A DNA stretch of 64,000 nucleotides from Cetorhinus maximus. Lineage: Eukaryota. The stretch spans positions 17,608,001-17,672,000 of the forward strand of contig NC_135881.1 in the NCBI RefSeq assembly GCF_964194155.1, given 5' to 3'. Both the position numbers and the translations under genes were made by a program. Of this stretch, positions 1 to 12,269 are shown in pieces (within the stretch, counting starts at the first letter, position 1; the number at the start of each line of letters is the position of its first letter). The notes below the pieces were generated by a model, which was not told the DNA's origin, made no database searches, and saw only the letters and a program-made list of their open reading frames with translations.

Positions 1-410
1 TTCGTTTCCAGACTGACGTTCGACATCTGCTAAAGGCTACACTTGCTTTAGCAATTCTTGCATGCGCTCGTTGTCAACATAGACAGTTCAAGACAGTGTG
101 CTGCTGAGGTGTGTGAACTTATCCACTGCTAACAGGTTCCTGTCATGGATTGAAACCTTGGGTCAAGTATACAATAGGGAACATAAGGAGAAACTATTCC
201 TTCTGGTGGGGGAGTCCAGAACAAGGGGGCATAAACTTAAAATCAGAGCTAGGCCATTCAGGGTGATACCTCCCCAAGCTGTAAAATACAACGGACCGGT
301 GTGCAAGTCAGGCACAGTCAAGTCTATTGGACTTCAGCCACCTTCTTACACACTAAAGCATTAGGAATTTCTGAGCAGTGTAGACTTGGTCAACAGTCCC
401 TGTAAATGTC
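1..410 (-). mobile_element. RTE-like LINE RT fragment, interrupted by a short CR1 piece (~165-260, +)
   Basis: Minus-strand translation resembles 'DNE..RIAKASVAF.R', typical of the RTE RT C-terminus; the insert encodes CR1 'LFLLVGESRTRGHKLKI'. Confidence 0.45.
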
Positions 411-434
411 TACCTTCTCTCTTTTTCTCCTTAC

Positions 435-1045
435 AGAATGATAAGGGAATCAAAGTTTATCGGGGGTAGATGGGAATGTGGAAATCGAAACACAAGATGA
501 TCAGCCATGATCTTATTGAAAGGAGGAGCAGGCTTGAGGGGTCGACTGGTCTACTCCTGTTCCTATTTCTTATGTTCTTATGATAACAGAACTGGGAGAT
601 TATACCTATCAGGAGAGGCCAAACAGGCTACATCTCCCCTTTCTCTAGAAAAGAGAAAGCTGAGGGGTCACCTGATAGAGGTCTTCGAGATGACACAAGG
701 GTTTGATAGTCATAGAGAAGATGTTTCTCCTTGCAAGAGAGTCCAAAATGAGAGGTCATAAATATAAGATAATCACAAATAAACTTAATAGGGAATTCAG
801 GAGAAACTTCTTTACCCAGAGAGTAGTGAAAATGTGGAACTCGCTACCTCAGGGAATAGTGGAGGCAAATAGCACGGATACATTTAAACTGAAGCTGGAT
901 AAGCAGATGAGGGTGAAAGCAATAGAAGGAAATGCCAACGGGGTTAGATGCAGAGGGACGGAAGGAGATTCGTCTGGAGCATAAACACCAGCATGGTCCT
1001 CTTAGGCCAAATGGACAGTTTCTCTGCTCTAAATACCCTGTGATT
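435..1045 (+). mobile_element. CR1 LINE 3' fragments
   Basis: 'SLEKRKLRGHLIEVF', 'RGHKYKI...RRNFFTQRVVKMWNSLP', and a CR1 3' UTR. Confidence 0.85.
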
Positions 1046-1591
1046 TTGTAACAGAAAGGTGTACAGCCCCTCAGCTGGTACTTTTCCTATGTTACAACAT
1101 TGATTACACTTCAGAAGCACTTTCTAAAAACACTTTGGGGCATCTCAAAGTTGTGAAAGGCGCTATATAAATGTGAGTCCTTTTTCTAAATTGACACAAA
1201 TTGCTTCCTTCCGATGCTCATTAGAGCTCACAGCTGATTGAAGAATTTAACACCACTCCCTTCCCACTGCCTGACCCACTGTGTGAGTGAGAATTCCCAT
1301 AAGTGTGGTCCACAACCTGTAATAAAACAACACCATCGCAGGTGAATTAGCAAGAATAAATTCTCCCAGAAACTTTTAGTAACCCCAGAGTTTGTAAATG
1401 AGTTCAGCATCAACACCAATTTCTAGGTTCTGTGAGGAAAAGGAAAGCAAGACAGGGAAAAAGAGAAAGAAAGGGAAGAGAAAATCTTGCATTTATATGG
1501 CGCCTTTCACAACCTCAGGACGTTCCAAACAGCATTGCAACCAATAAAGTACTTTTGAAGTGTAGCCATTGTTGTAATGTTGGAAATGTAG

Positions 1592-2700
1592 TGGGAGTCA
1601 GAGTGACTGCCTTTGACATCAGTTTTTGACCGAGTGTGGCATCATGGAGCTCTCGCAAAATTGAAGTCAATGCGGGTCAAGGGAAAACTCTCCACTGGCT
1701 GGAGTCATACCGAGCACAAAGGAAGATGGTTGTGGTTGTTGGAGGTCAGTCATCTCAGTTCTAGGACATCACTGCAGGAGTTCCTCAGGGTAGTGTCCTC
1801 GACCCAACTGTCTTCAGCTGCCTCATCAATGACCTTCCTTCCATCATAAGGATGTTCACTGATGATTGCACAATGTTCAGTACCATTTGCAACTCCTCAG
1901 ATGCTGAAGTAGTCTGTGCCAACATGCAGCAAGACCTGGACAACATTCAGGCTTGGGCTGATAAGTGGCAAGTAACATTTGTGTCACACAAGAGCCAGGC
2001 AATGACCATCTCCAACAAGAGAGAATCTAACCATCTCCCCTTGTCATTCAATGGCATTACCATCACTGAATCACCCACAATCAACACCTTGGGGATGATT
2101 GACCAGAAACTGAACTGGACCAGCCATATAAATACTGTGGCTACAAAAGCAGGTCAGAGGCTAAGAATTCTGAGACGAGTAACTAACTCCTGACTACCCA
2201 AAGCCTGTCCACCCACAAGGCATAAGTCAGGACTGTGATGGAATACTTTCCACTTGCCTTGATGAGTGCGACTCCAACAAACTCAACACCATCCAGGCAA
2301 AGCAATCTGCTGATCAGTACCCTAACTTAAACAGTCACTCACTCCACCACTGATACACAGTGGCAGCACCGTGTACCATTTACAAGATGCAGTGCAGCAA
2401 TTCACCAAGACTACTTCAATAGCACCTTCCAAACCTGCCGTCACTACCACCTAGAAGGACAAGGGCATTAGATGCATGGGAATACCACCAGCTGCAAGTT
2501 CCTCCTCAAGCCACACAACATCCTGAATTGGAACTATATTGCTGTTCCTTCACTGCTGCAAGGTCAAATCACTGGAACCCCCTTCCTGACAGCACAATGG
2601 GTGTAGCTGCACCAAATCGACTTGCAACAGTTCAAGAAGGCAGCTCACCACCACTTACTCAAGAACAATAGACAACAATGCCCACTTCCTATGAAATAAT
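1592..2700 (+). mobile_element. CR1-like LINE (second lineage), RT C-terminus and 3' end, decayed
   Basis: 'FDRVWH.GALAKL', 'FTDDCT...QQDLDNIQAWADKWQVTF'; frameshifted. Confidence 0.85.
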
Positions 2701-2714
2701 TTTTTTTTTAAATC

Positions 2715-2910
2715 GGCAGCAAATTTATGAACAACTGGCCCCCACAAACAGCAATGTGACAATGGCCAAATAATCTGCTTTTTTGACATTAATTGAAGGG
2801 TAAATATTGGCCAGGACAGCGAGGATATCTTCCCTGCTTTTCTTCAAAATAATGCCACAGGATCTTTTGCATCACTCTGAGAGGGCAGATGGGGTTTTGA
2901 TTAAACGCCT
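2715..2910 (-). mobile_element. Deu-domain SINE fragment
   Basis: Reverse complement matches the central domain of the copy at 60115-60510 (AAAAGATCC..TGGCA..TTTTGAAGAA.AGCAGGG..CCTGGCCAATATTT). Confidence 0.65.
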
Positions 2911-4319
2911 GTTGATGGTGCCAAAAATGTGGCCATGACACCAGGAAAGCTCCCAGCTGCTGTTAAAAATGGCACCTTTAAGGCCTGAGGGCCCCAGCTA
3001 AGTTGAAATCACTATCACTAAAACAAAAGCAAGACATTGCAGATGCTGGAAATCTGTAATAAAAACCAATAACACCTGAAACGTTGACTCCCTTACTCTC
3101 TCCACAGATGCTGCCTGACCTGCTGAGCGTTTCCAGCATTTTCTGTTTTAAACTTCATTCCTAATATTAATTTGTGGCTATTTCAAACGTGCTTGATAGC
3201 TGGAGATAAACAAAAGCACTGGCTACAGAGCAAACATCTTCTTATTAAAAAAAGTCCCTACAGCCACAAATGAACTTCCTAAACATTAATCATCCAATCA
3301 CAACCATGACAACAGTCGATTCAATAAACATGTACACCATGTACAATGGCATCACTTTTTATGGCTTCATCATGTCACTTCATTTCTGTGTTAATCTGTA
3401 AACAAGTCTGCCGTTTTTATCAATGCACACTAATTGTCCAAGACCTACTGAAGTCACAAGCCTAGGATTAGCTAAATCAGTGCAAACCAAAGATAAAACC
3501 TGGCATTACCTTGGTCTGTAACCTAGAAATGGTCAACTGAAACATTTTTAATTATAATCTGACATTTATGCCATAAACTGCAAACATATCAAATGGCCAC
3601 TAAATATGGCACTTAATCTACAGACTGACACCAATTTCATAATGAACACCTTGTTTGCAATGAATACCTAAATGTTGACCTGGCGTATCCTTTATCCTTC
3701 ATGCAATCATGAAAAATTGTCAATAAAAGATGATTTTTGGTTTTATTTATTATTAGCGACAAGAGTATTGCCTAGCCTGAATTGCCTTTCAAGGGGCTGA
3801 AGATTTTGTTTTTACACTACGTGCAGTGCCCCCAATCATTCTAACAGACTGGCTCACAATCTATCACCATTATGTTTATAGGTAGGGTAGAATTTCCCAA
3901 AGGCTCAGTGTGTAAGTGATATGGTCATTATGCAACAGACTCAAGAGGACAGGGAAACTCCTACATTCAACCATTGTTCTGTATCACATTAGTTGATCTT
4001 GGCGAGACAGTTATACCAATGCTATGGTTGACCTCAGTATTCCCATGCAAGGGAAACAGGAATAAAAAATGAACTGGCTAGAATTTCCAACCTTGATGAT
4101 CATATTACTGCTATATATTCTGCATTTGTGCCAGATCAAACAGGCGAGGAAAAAAACTGGATTCAAATCCTACACCCTCCACAGTCAAATAGTCTTCTGA
4201 CACTCACTTCCTAGGCTCACCCATAAAGAGTGGGCCCTTGGTTAAGGCACCTGGCACATGTGGGAACTTAGCATTTCTAGGATAGGAAGCTAGAAAATTG
4301 GAATGAGCATTTGTTCAGC

Positions 4320-5560
4320 CATAGTGCACTGAGGAGCTAGAAACTGTGTACAAGGACTTAAAATACAAGAACACAAGTGTAGAACTCCTCAAGCTGAATT
4401 CCTGACATGGAATGTACACTGTGAATATCAAGCGTATCAAAATTGTATTGAGGCTAAGAATGGCAACATGCTTTATGGAGAAAAGTTGAATTCTATTGCA
4501 CTTTCTGTAATATTCAATTTGAAATGTTTTTCCCTCGGGCTGTATGCCTGACATGGAACAAACATTGTAAATATCAAGATAATTGCAATTGTATTGAGGC
4601 ATCTCAGAGTGGAATATGTTATACGGAGAAAAGTTTAATTTTATTACACTTACTGTAATTTTCAATTCAGAATGTTCTGTAATGTACTTTTACAAATTTT
4701 ATGAAGTATATTTTTGGAAAAAAAAGTTGCTTGACATGAAATGGTGGCGAGAAGAGGCCTCCCCATCAGATCCTTCCTGCATACCCAGAGTCTCGCCCCC
4801 TCTGCACATAGCAGTGGGGAAGAGACCATTATCCACCTCCTACTGGAATGTGCTTTAGCAAAGCAGGGGGCTTGGAAAAAGATGCAGTGGTTTTTTTTTG
4901 TCAAGGTTCATCCCAAGCATCTCCGTAACGCAGGACTCTGTGTTTTAAGGGCTGTTCCATGAACACGTACTGAGATAAACATCAGCTGCTCCTGGGTGAC
5001 CATCAACTTGGTGAAAGGCACTCTTTAGTCTGCCCAAACCTTGTTGGTCCTCTAGCGCAAAGAGCTGTCAATGATTGAGTGTTGCAGACTGGCACATCCC
5101 ACGGGTCTAGGACTATATGCTGAGGGATGCACTAAAACTTGGAGCAGCTACTGCAAAAGACTCAATGGGGACAGGTCACTGGCTAAAGGCCCTCCTGCCC
5201 TGGGATACTGGAAACCGAGTAAAACCTCTTGGGTTGTATGTCTGACATGAAATGAATATTATAAATATAAGCTGTAAAAGTAAGTGTAGCGAGGCACCTC
5301 AGAGGGCTACGTACTGTATTGAAAAAAAACTGATCTCGTTTCCACTTTTGAATATAGTCAACTTTGAACTGTCACGTAATGTACTTTTATAAATGAAGTA
5401 TATTTTTGGGAAAGAAATTGTTTGACATGAAACGAGTATTGTAAATATAGCCTGTAATTGTAAATGTAGTGAGGCACTTCAGAGTGCCACATACTGTATA
5501 GGAAGAAACTAATCTGTTTCGTACTTTATATAAAAAACTGTTATGTAATTTTATGAATAA
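4320..5560 (+). mobile_element. Tx1/L1-clade LINE 3' end (ORF2 zinc-finger region) with tandemly reiterated 3' UTR units
   Basis: ORF 4741..4962 'GEETIIHLLLECALAK..WKKMQW' resembles zf-RVT; repeated UTR blocks begin at TGACATGRAA. Confidence 0.7.
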
Positions 5561-6199
5561 TTGAAAATGCCAATCCTTGGTCTTTCTTGCTTTTCATATG
5601 CATGCCCATTATCAGAGGGTTGCTAATCATGATTCAATGGGGCAAGCAGAAGAAAGCTGCTCAAGAAGTATCTCAGCTGGTACAGGAATTGAACCAACAC
5701 CATCAGCATTGCCAATGCACTAACCAACTGAGCTAAACAGTCCTACTTAACAATATATAGGACATGATATAATTGAAACAACATCAGTGAATTTCTTACT
5801 CAACCTTGCAGAACCAAGTGAGAACCAATATTTCTGTTGCAATGTTCATGACAATAATGACTTCTGAAGAGTGGGATATTTACCCCACTCTTTTGGAAGC
5901 CAATTAATCTCTAAATAAGCCAAGCTCCAAATCAGTTATTTAAATCAGGTTTACAGTAAAGTTAGAAGAATTTTAAGACTAAGACTGTCTCATACTACCC
6001 CTCAAAAGTATACCTGGCTAAACGACAGTCGAGCGTCACAAACAATGATGGCTAGATTATTAATAAAAAAAAGGTCCCCAGACAGAATATTAAAACTAAC
6101 TATCCTGTGAACTTTCTCCCCATGTTACATGGTAAGAAAGGAAAGGGGGACTAGGACTCCTTGTTAATTCATGCATCTTATTCAATAACTTGTTCAGGT

Positions 6200-7060
6200 C
6201 CCGGGTGCCATCCTCAATATTCTGTGCTGTGTGAGCGGATCCCAGCAAAAGGGGCGGTGGTACAATTGGATTCAGGAAAGGGATTGCGCCTGAGTTGCGG
6301 TTCACGGTAAACGCACATTCGCGCACCGGGTGACGGCAGGATCAGGGTAGGGTAGGGTTGAGGGGAGTCTGCCTGAAGAGGGATCAAGGTTGGTGCCGGC
6401 TAATAATAGGGGCAGAGGAAGAGCCCAACTGCAGCAAGGGTACTTGTGCAATCATTGAGAACCCTGACAAAGTCAAGGAGAGAGTAAAACTGAAGAAAGT
6501 TTTTTTTTTGTACAAATAAAGGATAATTGGAGAGAAAGAAAAAAAAAAAGTGTTCAGTACAGGCAAAACCAAACTGGTGCCGAGTAACAGGCGCCAAGTT
6601 TGGGGTTGGGGTTGAGGTTTGGGGGGTGGAGGAGCTTTTCCTACCGATGTTTAAAGCCGATAAAGTGCTGCTGTTGTCCCACGAGCGCATCCAAGAGTTG
6701 GAGCCGGCGCTTTCACTCCGAGATGGGCTGTTGTCTCCCCCGCTGCTTTCCATCGCCCCTCCCAGCAACAAGCGGGCTCTGGGAGGAAGGTTAAACCCCG
6801 CACCCCGCCATCAGACTGAGTTAGGATGAGCAGAGGTTATAGAGATAAGCGTCAGCCATGTTTGTTGATCTGATGTGATGTGTTGTTGGTGGCGGATGTG
6901 CAGAGCAGAGCCGAGCCGAGCCGAGCCGGGGAGTGACGCGCCGGGAGCCTGGCACACCCCTGCAGGCGGCCGGCACACCTGACACACCTTCCCCAGCCCA
7001 GCCCAACGCAACCGGACCCGACCCGACCCGAGCCAGGCCCCTGCCCACAGCAATGTAGAC
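6200..7060. promoter_or_regulatory. CpG island / promoter-5'UTR region of the unidentified minus-strand gene
   Basis: High CpG density against depleted flanks; YY1-like AACATGGCTG and GATGGCGG on -; (GAGCC)n and (GACCC)n tracts. Confidence 0.7.
6645..6753 (-). CDS. Probable first coding exon of an unidentified gene, MESSGGDNSPSRSESAGSNSWMRSWDNSSTLSALNI(G)
   Basis: Strong Kozak context GCGATGG in a CpG island; 109 nt open up to donor G|GTAGGA (phase 1); no downstream exon identified in the window. Confidence 0.55.
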
Positions 7061-8240
7061 CAGTCCAAGCCAGGCCAATCGAGTCAGACCGGACCAAACC
7101 AGGCAAGACCCAAACAAGCCAACCCAGACCAACCAAATCATGCCAAATCAAGCCAAGCTGGACCAAACCAAGCAAGACCCAAACAAACCAAACCAGACCG
7201 ATCAAATCATGCCAAACCAAACCAAGCTGGACCAAACTAAGCAAGACCCAAACCAGACCAACCAAATCATGCCAAACCAAACCAAGCTGGACCAAACCAA
7301 GCAAGACCCAAATCATGCCAAACCAAACCAAGCAAGACCCAAACAAACCAAACCAGACCAACCAAATCATGCCAAACCAAACCAAGCTGGACCAAACCAA
7401 GCAAGACCCAAACAAACCAAACCAGACCAACCAAATCATGCCAAACCAAACCAAGCAAGACCCAAACAAACCAAACCAGACCAACCAAATCATGCCAAAC
7501 CAAACCAAGCTGGACCAAACCAAGCAAGACCCAAACAAACCAAACCAGACCAACCAAATCATGCCAAACCAAACCAAGCAAGACCCAAACAAACCAAACC
7601 AGACCAACCAAATCATGCCAAACCAAACCAAGCTGGACCAAACCAAGCAAGACCCAAACAAACCAAACCAGACCGACCAAATCATGCCAAAACAAAACAA
7701 GCTGGACCAAACCAAACCAAACCACCAAATGAAGCCAAACCAAGCAAGACCACAACAAACCAAACTAGACCAACCAAATATAAAAATAAAAGCAAAAAAC
7801 TTCGGATGCTGGAAATCCAAAACAAAAACTGAAGCAGAAATACCTGGAAAAACTCAGCAGGTCTGGCAGCATCAGCGGAGAAGAGCACAGTTGACGTCCC
7901 GAGTCCTCATGTTCTGTTGGGGGGGTCATGAGGACTCGGGACGTCAACTGTGCTCTTCTCCGCCGATGCTGCCAGACCTGCTGAGTTTTTCCGGGTATTT
8001 CTGTTTCTGTTTTTGTTTCAGACCAACCAAATGAAGCCAGACCCAAACAATCCAAACCAGAACAAATCAGACCAACTAAATCAAGCCAGACCAAACCAAA
8101 ACACACCAAACCAAATCAAGCTGGACCAAACCAAGCCAGACCAAAACAAACCCAAACTAGACCAAACCAGACCAACCAAATCAAGCCAGACTGCCAAACC
8201 AAGCAAAGCCCAATCAAACCAAGCCAGGCCAGGCAGGACA
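7040..8240. repeat. Pentamer-based (CCAAA/CCAAG/CCAGA) satellite with a 123-bp (54+69) higher-order repeat, interrupted by a fold-back element
   Basis: AATCATGCC recurs, with ATG at 7140, 7209, 7269, 7315, 7369, 7438, 7492, 7561, 7615 and 7684. Confidence 0.92.
7780..8019. mobile_element. Penelope-like terminal fold-back (inverted) insertion
   Basis: Arms ~7820-7910 and ~7926-8018 are reverse complements; same family as 20321-21085; candidate TSD AGACCAACCAAAT at 7767-7779 and 8020-8032. Confidence 0.8.
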
Positions 8241-8899
8241 AAGGGGGCAGTTCATTGCCAGGCAGCTAGAAGAATTCATCTTTAAAACTTTGGCAAATGT
8301 TGCAGAATGAATATTAGAATTGCTTTAATGTATTTGAATATTTTGAAGATTTTGCAAAAGGGATCTTCATAAAATATTCCCCAAAAATTGTTAAAACAAC
8401 ACGTTATGATTAATAAATGGGAAAAGTTTGGACCAAATTTTAATATATTCAAATGTCTTGTTTATTTAGTTCATAATTATATTTGCTCAGCTCCAAAAAA
8501 TTGTACTTGAGTTTTTATGTGGGTATTTGAAGCACATAAATGGAACAATTTGTCCCAACCTGGTTGGGGCCTTGGTTTAACATCTCATCTGAAAGACAGC
8601 ACCTCTGACAGTTGAGTGCTCCCTCAGTGCTGCACCGGCCATCAGGCTTTGTTCTGAGAACCTGCATTTATGCTTCTGCCCCCTCCCCTCATTTATCTAG
8701 CCCTATCACCAGACGTTTCTAATGGCTGTTTTTGACAGGGTCACTTTACAGGACAAGTTTTAAGGAGCCTGGGGAGAAAAAAATTGTCCTCACTCACTAA
8801 TGGACCATCTATTCTCCCCACCCAATGCATTTTAAAAACCTTATGAGTGCATTATTATGTTAATTTTCCCTTGGTTAATTTGAACCCGTGACAATTTAG

Positions 8900-9335
8900 A
8901 ATTTACAACAACAACAACTTGCCTTTTATATCGCATCTTTCACATAGTAAAATATCCCAACATGGTTCACACAACCGTTGTCAAACCAAGTTTGACACCA
9001 AGCAACATAAGGAGATATTGGGGTAAAAGGTAGATTTTAGGGCGTGTTCTAAAGGAGGAAAGAGGGAGAGGTTTAGGGAGGGATTCCACAGTTTACAGCC
9101 CAGGCAGCTAATAGTGTAGACAACAGAGAATAGTTAGCAATTAAAATCAGGGATGTGCAAGAGGCTAGAACTGGGGAAACACAGATATCTTGGAGGGACG
9201 TGGGGCTGGAAGAGGTTACAGAGATAAGGAGTGGAGGCAAAGCCATGGAAGGATTTGAAAACAAGGATGAGAATTTTTAAATCGAGTTGTTGCTGGATCT
9301 GGAGACAGTCAGGTCAATAAGCACAGGGGTGAGGG
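8900..9335 (-). mobile_element. L2 LINE 3' fragment
   Basis: Reverse complement homologous to the L2 at 22500-23400 (FKILILVFKSFHGFASTPYL). Confidence 0.7.
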
Positions 9336-10203
9336 TTGAACAACTAAGTACTTTTGAAGGATAGCCGCTGTTGCAGTACAGGAAATGCATAGACATGATA
9401 ATCATTTTATACACAGCAAGATCCCAAAAATAGCAACGTGATGAGGAGCAGCTAATCTGATGTTGGCTGTGCACTAGGATCTTTTATGTGCAACTAAGAA
9501 GGTTAGCTTGATTTAATGTCTATTCTGAAAGGCGGGCACCTCCAACAATGCAGCAGTCCATCAGTGCTCAGTTTTGTGACTTCTCTGCATTGGGCCCATG
9601 CCACAAATACTTTCCCTGGATACTAGTGAGCAGAATTGGATATGGCACTGAATCATTGAATTTTACACAGTAGGAGGCTATTTAGTCCATTGTGTCAGTA
9701 CATGCTGTTTGAAAGTGTTATCCAATTAGTTCCACTCCCCTGCTCCTACCACATAGCTCTACAATTCTTCTCCTTTCTCATGGTTTGTTATGACTAGAGG
9801 ATTGTAAAATAAATTTTTATTTGTGCAACTGGTCGCTGAAATTTGAAATGAAGAGTAGTTGTTGATAAGAATTTTTAAATTGTGCAAGAGCAAGTTACTG
9901 ATACTGCAGGGTTACTTTTTGGGTAAATGAACTATAAAGGGGAAAATGGGCTTTGTCATCCAAAACAATTTAGTGACCTTATTTCTAGATTTGACTTATG
10001 GCATTGAACAATGCTGAGACCAGATGAGTTGTTATGGTCTGGAATGGGCACTACCTGATAGGATGGTGGAAGCAGATTAAATACGAACTTTCAATAGGGA
10101 ATTGAATAAATAATTGGAGGTGAGAGATTGCAGGGCTATGGACCAGTACAGATATGATGGGCTGAATGGCCACCTTATCTGCCGTATCATTCCATGATTC
10201 TGT

Positions 10204-10755
10204 GGGATGAATTTTCCCCCCTTCGGGGGGAGGGTTGTTGTGCGGGGGCGGGCAGGATCGAGTGCAAACCCAATCGCTGCCCCCGATCAGGTCCGCGCCT
10301 CCATTTTATGTGGGCGGGCCTTAATTGGCATGACACTCGCCCGGAAGCACTGAGCGCTCCCTGTCCAGGCAGGGTTGGGGGGGGGGGGGGGGGGGGTGGA
10401 ATTCCCTGAGTCCGAGCCTTAAACATCTGAATAAAGTAATTAAAAACTTATAAAACATGTCTCCTCATGTGACAGTGTCACATGAGCTGGGTCATGTCAA
10501 TGAACTTTTAAAATGATTTTTATTGAATTTTTAAACACTTTGTGAAACCTCATCCCGCCCGTGGATGAGGTTCCATGAAAAATGCGAAGGCCGCCTGGGC
10601 TCTTCGCCTGCCCCCCCTCGCCAACCTTAAGATTCGACGGGCAGCTCATTTAGTTTTACCAATTAGTTCTTAACAGGCCTTAATAGGCATTTGACAGTCA
10701 TTTTACACGTCGGCAATCGGGCCCCACCCCCCACTCGCCGACCGGAAAATTCTTT
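10204..10755. mobile_element. Non-autonomous DNA transposon (Harbinger-like MITE), GC-rich
   Basis: Inverted termini GAATTTTCC (10209-10217) and GGAAAATTC (10744-10752); similar to the GGCCAGGATTTTCC end at 24031. Confidence 0.6.
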
Positions 10756-11064
10756 GCTATGCGTTCCTGTACAAGGATAACAGAGTATTCCTAAAGGTGG
10801 TGTGGATGTTCTATTATGGCACAGCGAACCAATTCAAATGGGACACACTTACACAATAACACTTGTGTTAAGCAGTTGTGCATTACATTAACACTGACTT
10901 CTGGTGTAAATGCAGCTGAATCCAGAGTCAGACCAGTCCTGATCGGAATGATGAGGAAGGATTCTTACTCCAATTCACTCCTGAGTCAGGTGAGGACAGC
11001 TGGTCCGTGAAGCAAAGCTGAAACTTTTTGTCACCAATGCTATACTTGTAGTGTGGATGTATTG

Positions 11065-11905
11065 TGTTACAATCGGACCCCGGGTGGGCTCCCCAATTTG
11101 TTATGATCCCTGATGAGATACACCAAATTGTTAACTTCCCAAAACATGACCCCAATTTTATTATGCTCCCAGGTGAGGAGGAATGAGCTGGCTCCCCTTC
11201 TTTATTCAACCCCCATGGTTGGTCGCAACATGGTTAATTTAAAAAGGATCCCTTCCCTCGTGGATACCTTTTCCCAGTCCACATGTATTTATGTTTTAGA
11301 AAGAGCCAATTTAACCAGGCTTTCTTGAGTCAAAGAAAAAATAAGTTTATTAGTTACTAAAGACCCGAGAAAATAATAATAAAAACACAACACACGTACA
11401 CACAAATCAGAAATGAGAAGTTGAGTCCAAAAGTAAAAGTTAAAAAAGTTATGCAAATCAGTCTTTGGCTTGTCCGTGAGGAGTAGATGGCGAAACATTG
11501 TGGCTGTTAAGTTGGGTGATTTCAGCAGAGCCCACTTTGGCAGTTGAGCAGTTGGTTTGGAGACACTTGGTCCTGTAGATTGGCTGAAGGAACTGTCCTG
11601 TTTCCTTCTTGACTGTGGTTTTGCTGACTTGCCTCCAGCCAGAGAGAGAGAGACACTTTTACCTGCAAGCTGCAGGAATGCCTAGTTGCTGTTCTTCAGC
11701 TGTGACCCTCACATCACACGCTAGCACACCAGGACTAGAACACACAGATCAGGTTGGCAGCTGGCTTTTTAACCCATTTTCTTATGTACCCCTGGAATGT
11801 GCCTTACTGCTAGTTTTAAAGAAAGCAATCAACTGAGGGATAAGGAGAAACCAGATCAATTCTTTAAGAGTCAACAGCTTCTGAGAGATGCTGGAGCCAC
11901 ATAAC
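11065..11905 (-). mobile_element. Probable solo LTR
   Basis: TGTTACA start, ...TAACA end, AATAAA on - near 11347; boundaries uncertain. Confidence 0.35.
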
Positions 11906-12269
11906 AATTGAAGATTTGCATATTACTGGAGTTAGCCCATACCCCAAACTCTAACATGCAATGATCGAAGTCTCAAAGTTCACTTACTTATAATAATGGC
12001 AGAGTTGTCATCAATGGCTAGTCAGTACACCTCTTGTTGATATTACACCTCAGGCCTGAAACCTTCCTCAGGCATTATTCATAATTGCTGTTACTGGGAG
12101 CACCAGAACAGTAGAATACACCAGCAGTCTATGAAGAACATGGGCTCATCATTATAGCACAAAAGGAGGCTATCTTGCCCATTGAGTTCATGCCAGATCT
12201 CTGTAGAGCAATCCAATCAGTCCACTACCCTGCTTTATCCCTATAGCCCTGCAAGTTTATTTTCCTCAG

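Noticed and set aside
6096-6326. 76-aa ORF as exon 2 of the unidentified gene
   Set aside because: No convincing acceptor/donor pair or recognisable homology; probably intron 1 within the CpG-island shore
6852-8285. Long ORFs (230-322 aa) of NQ/PNQ-rich or WFGLV-rich repeats
   Set aside because: Open on both strands and in several frames because the satellite lacks stop codons; they run into a TE insertion; no splice or domain support
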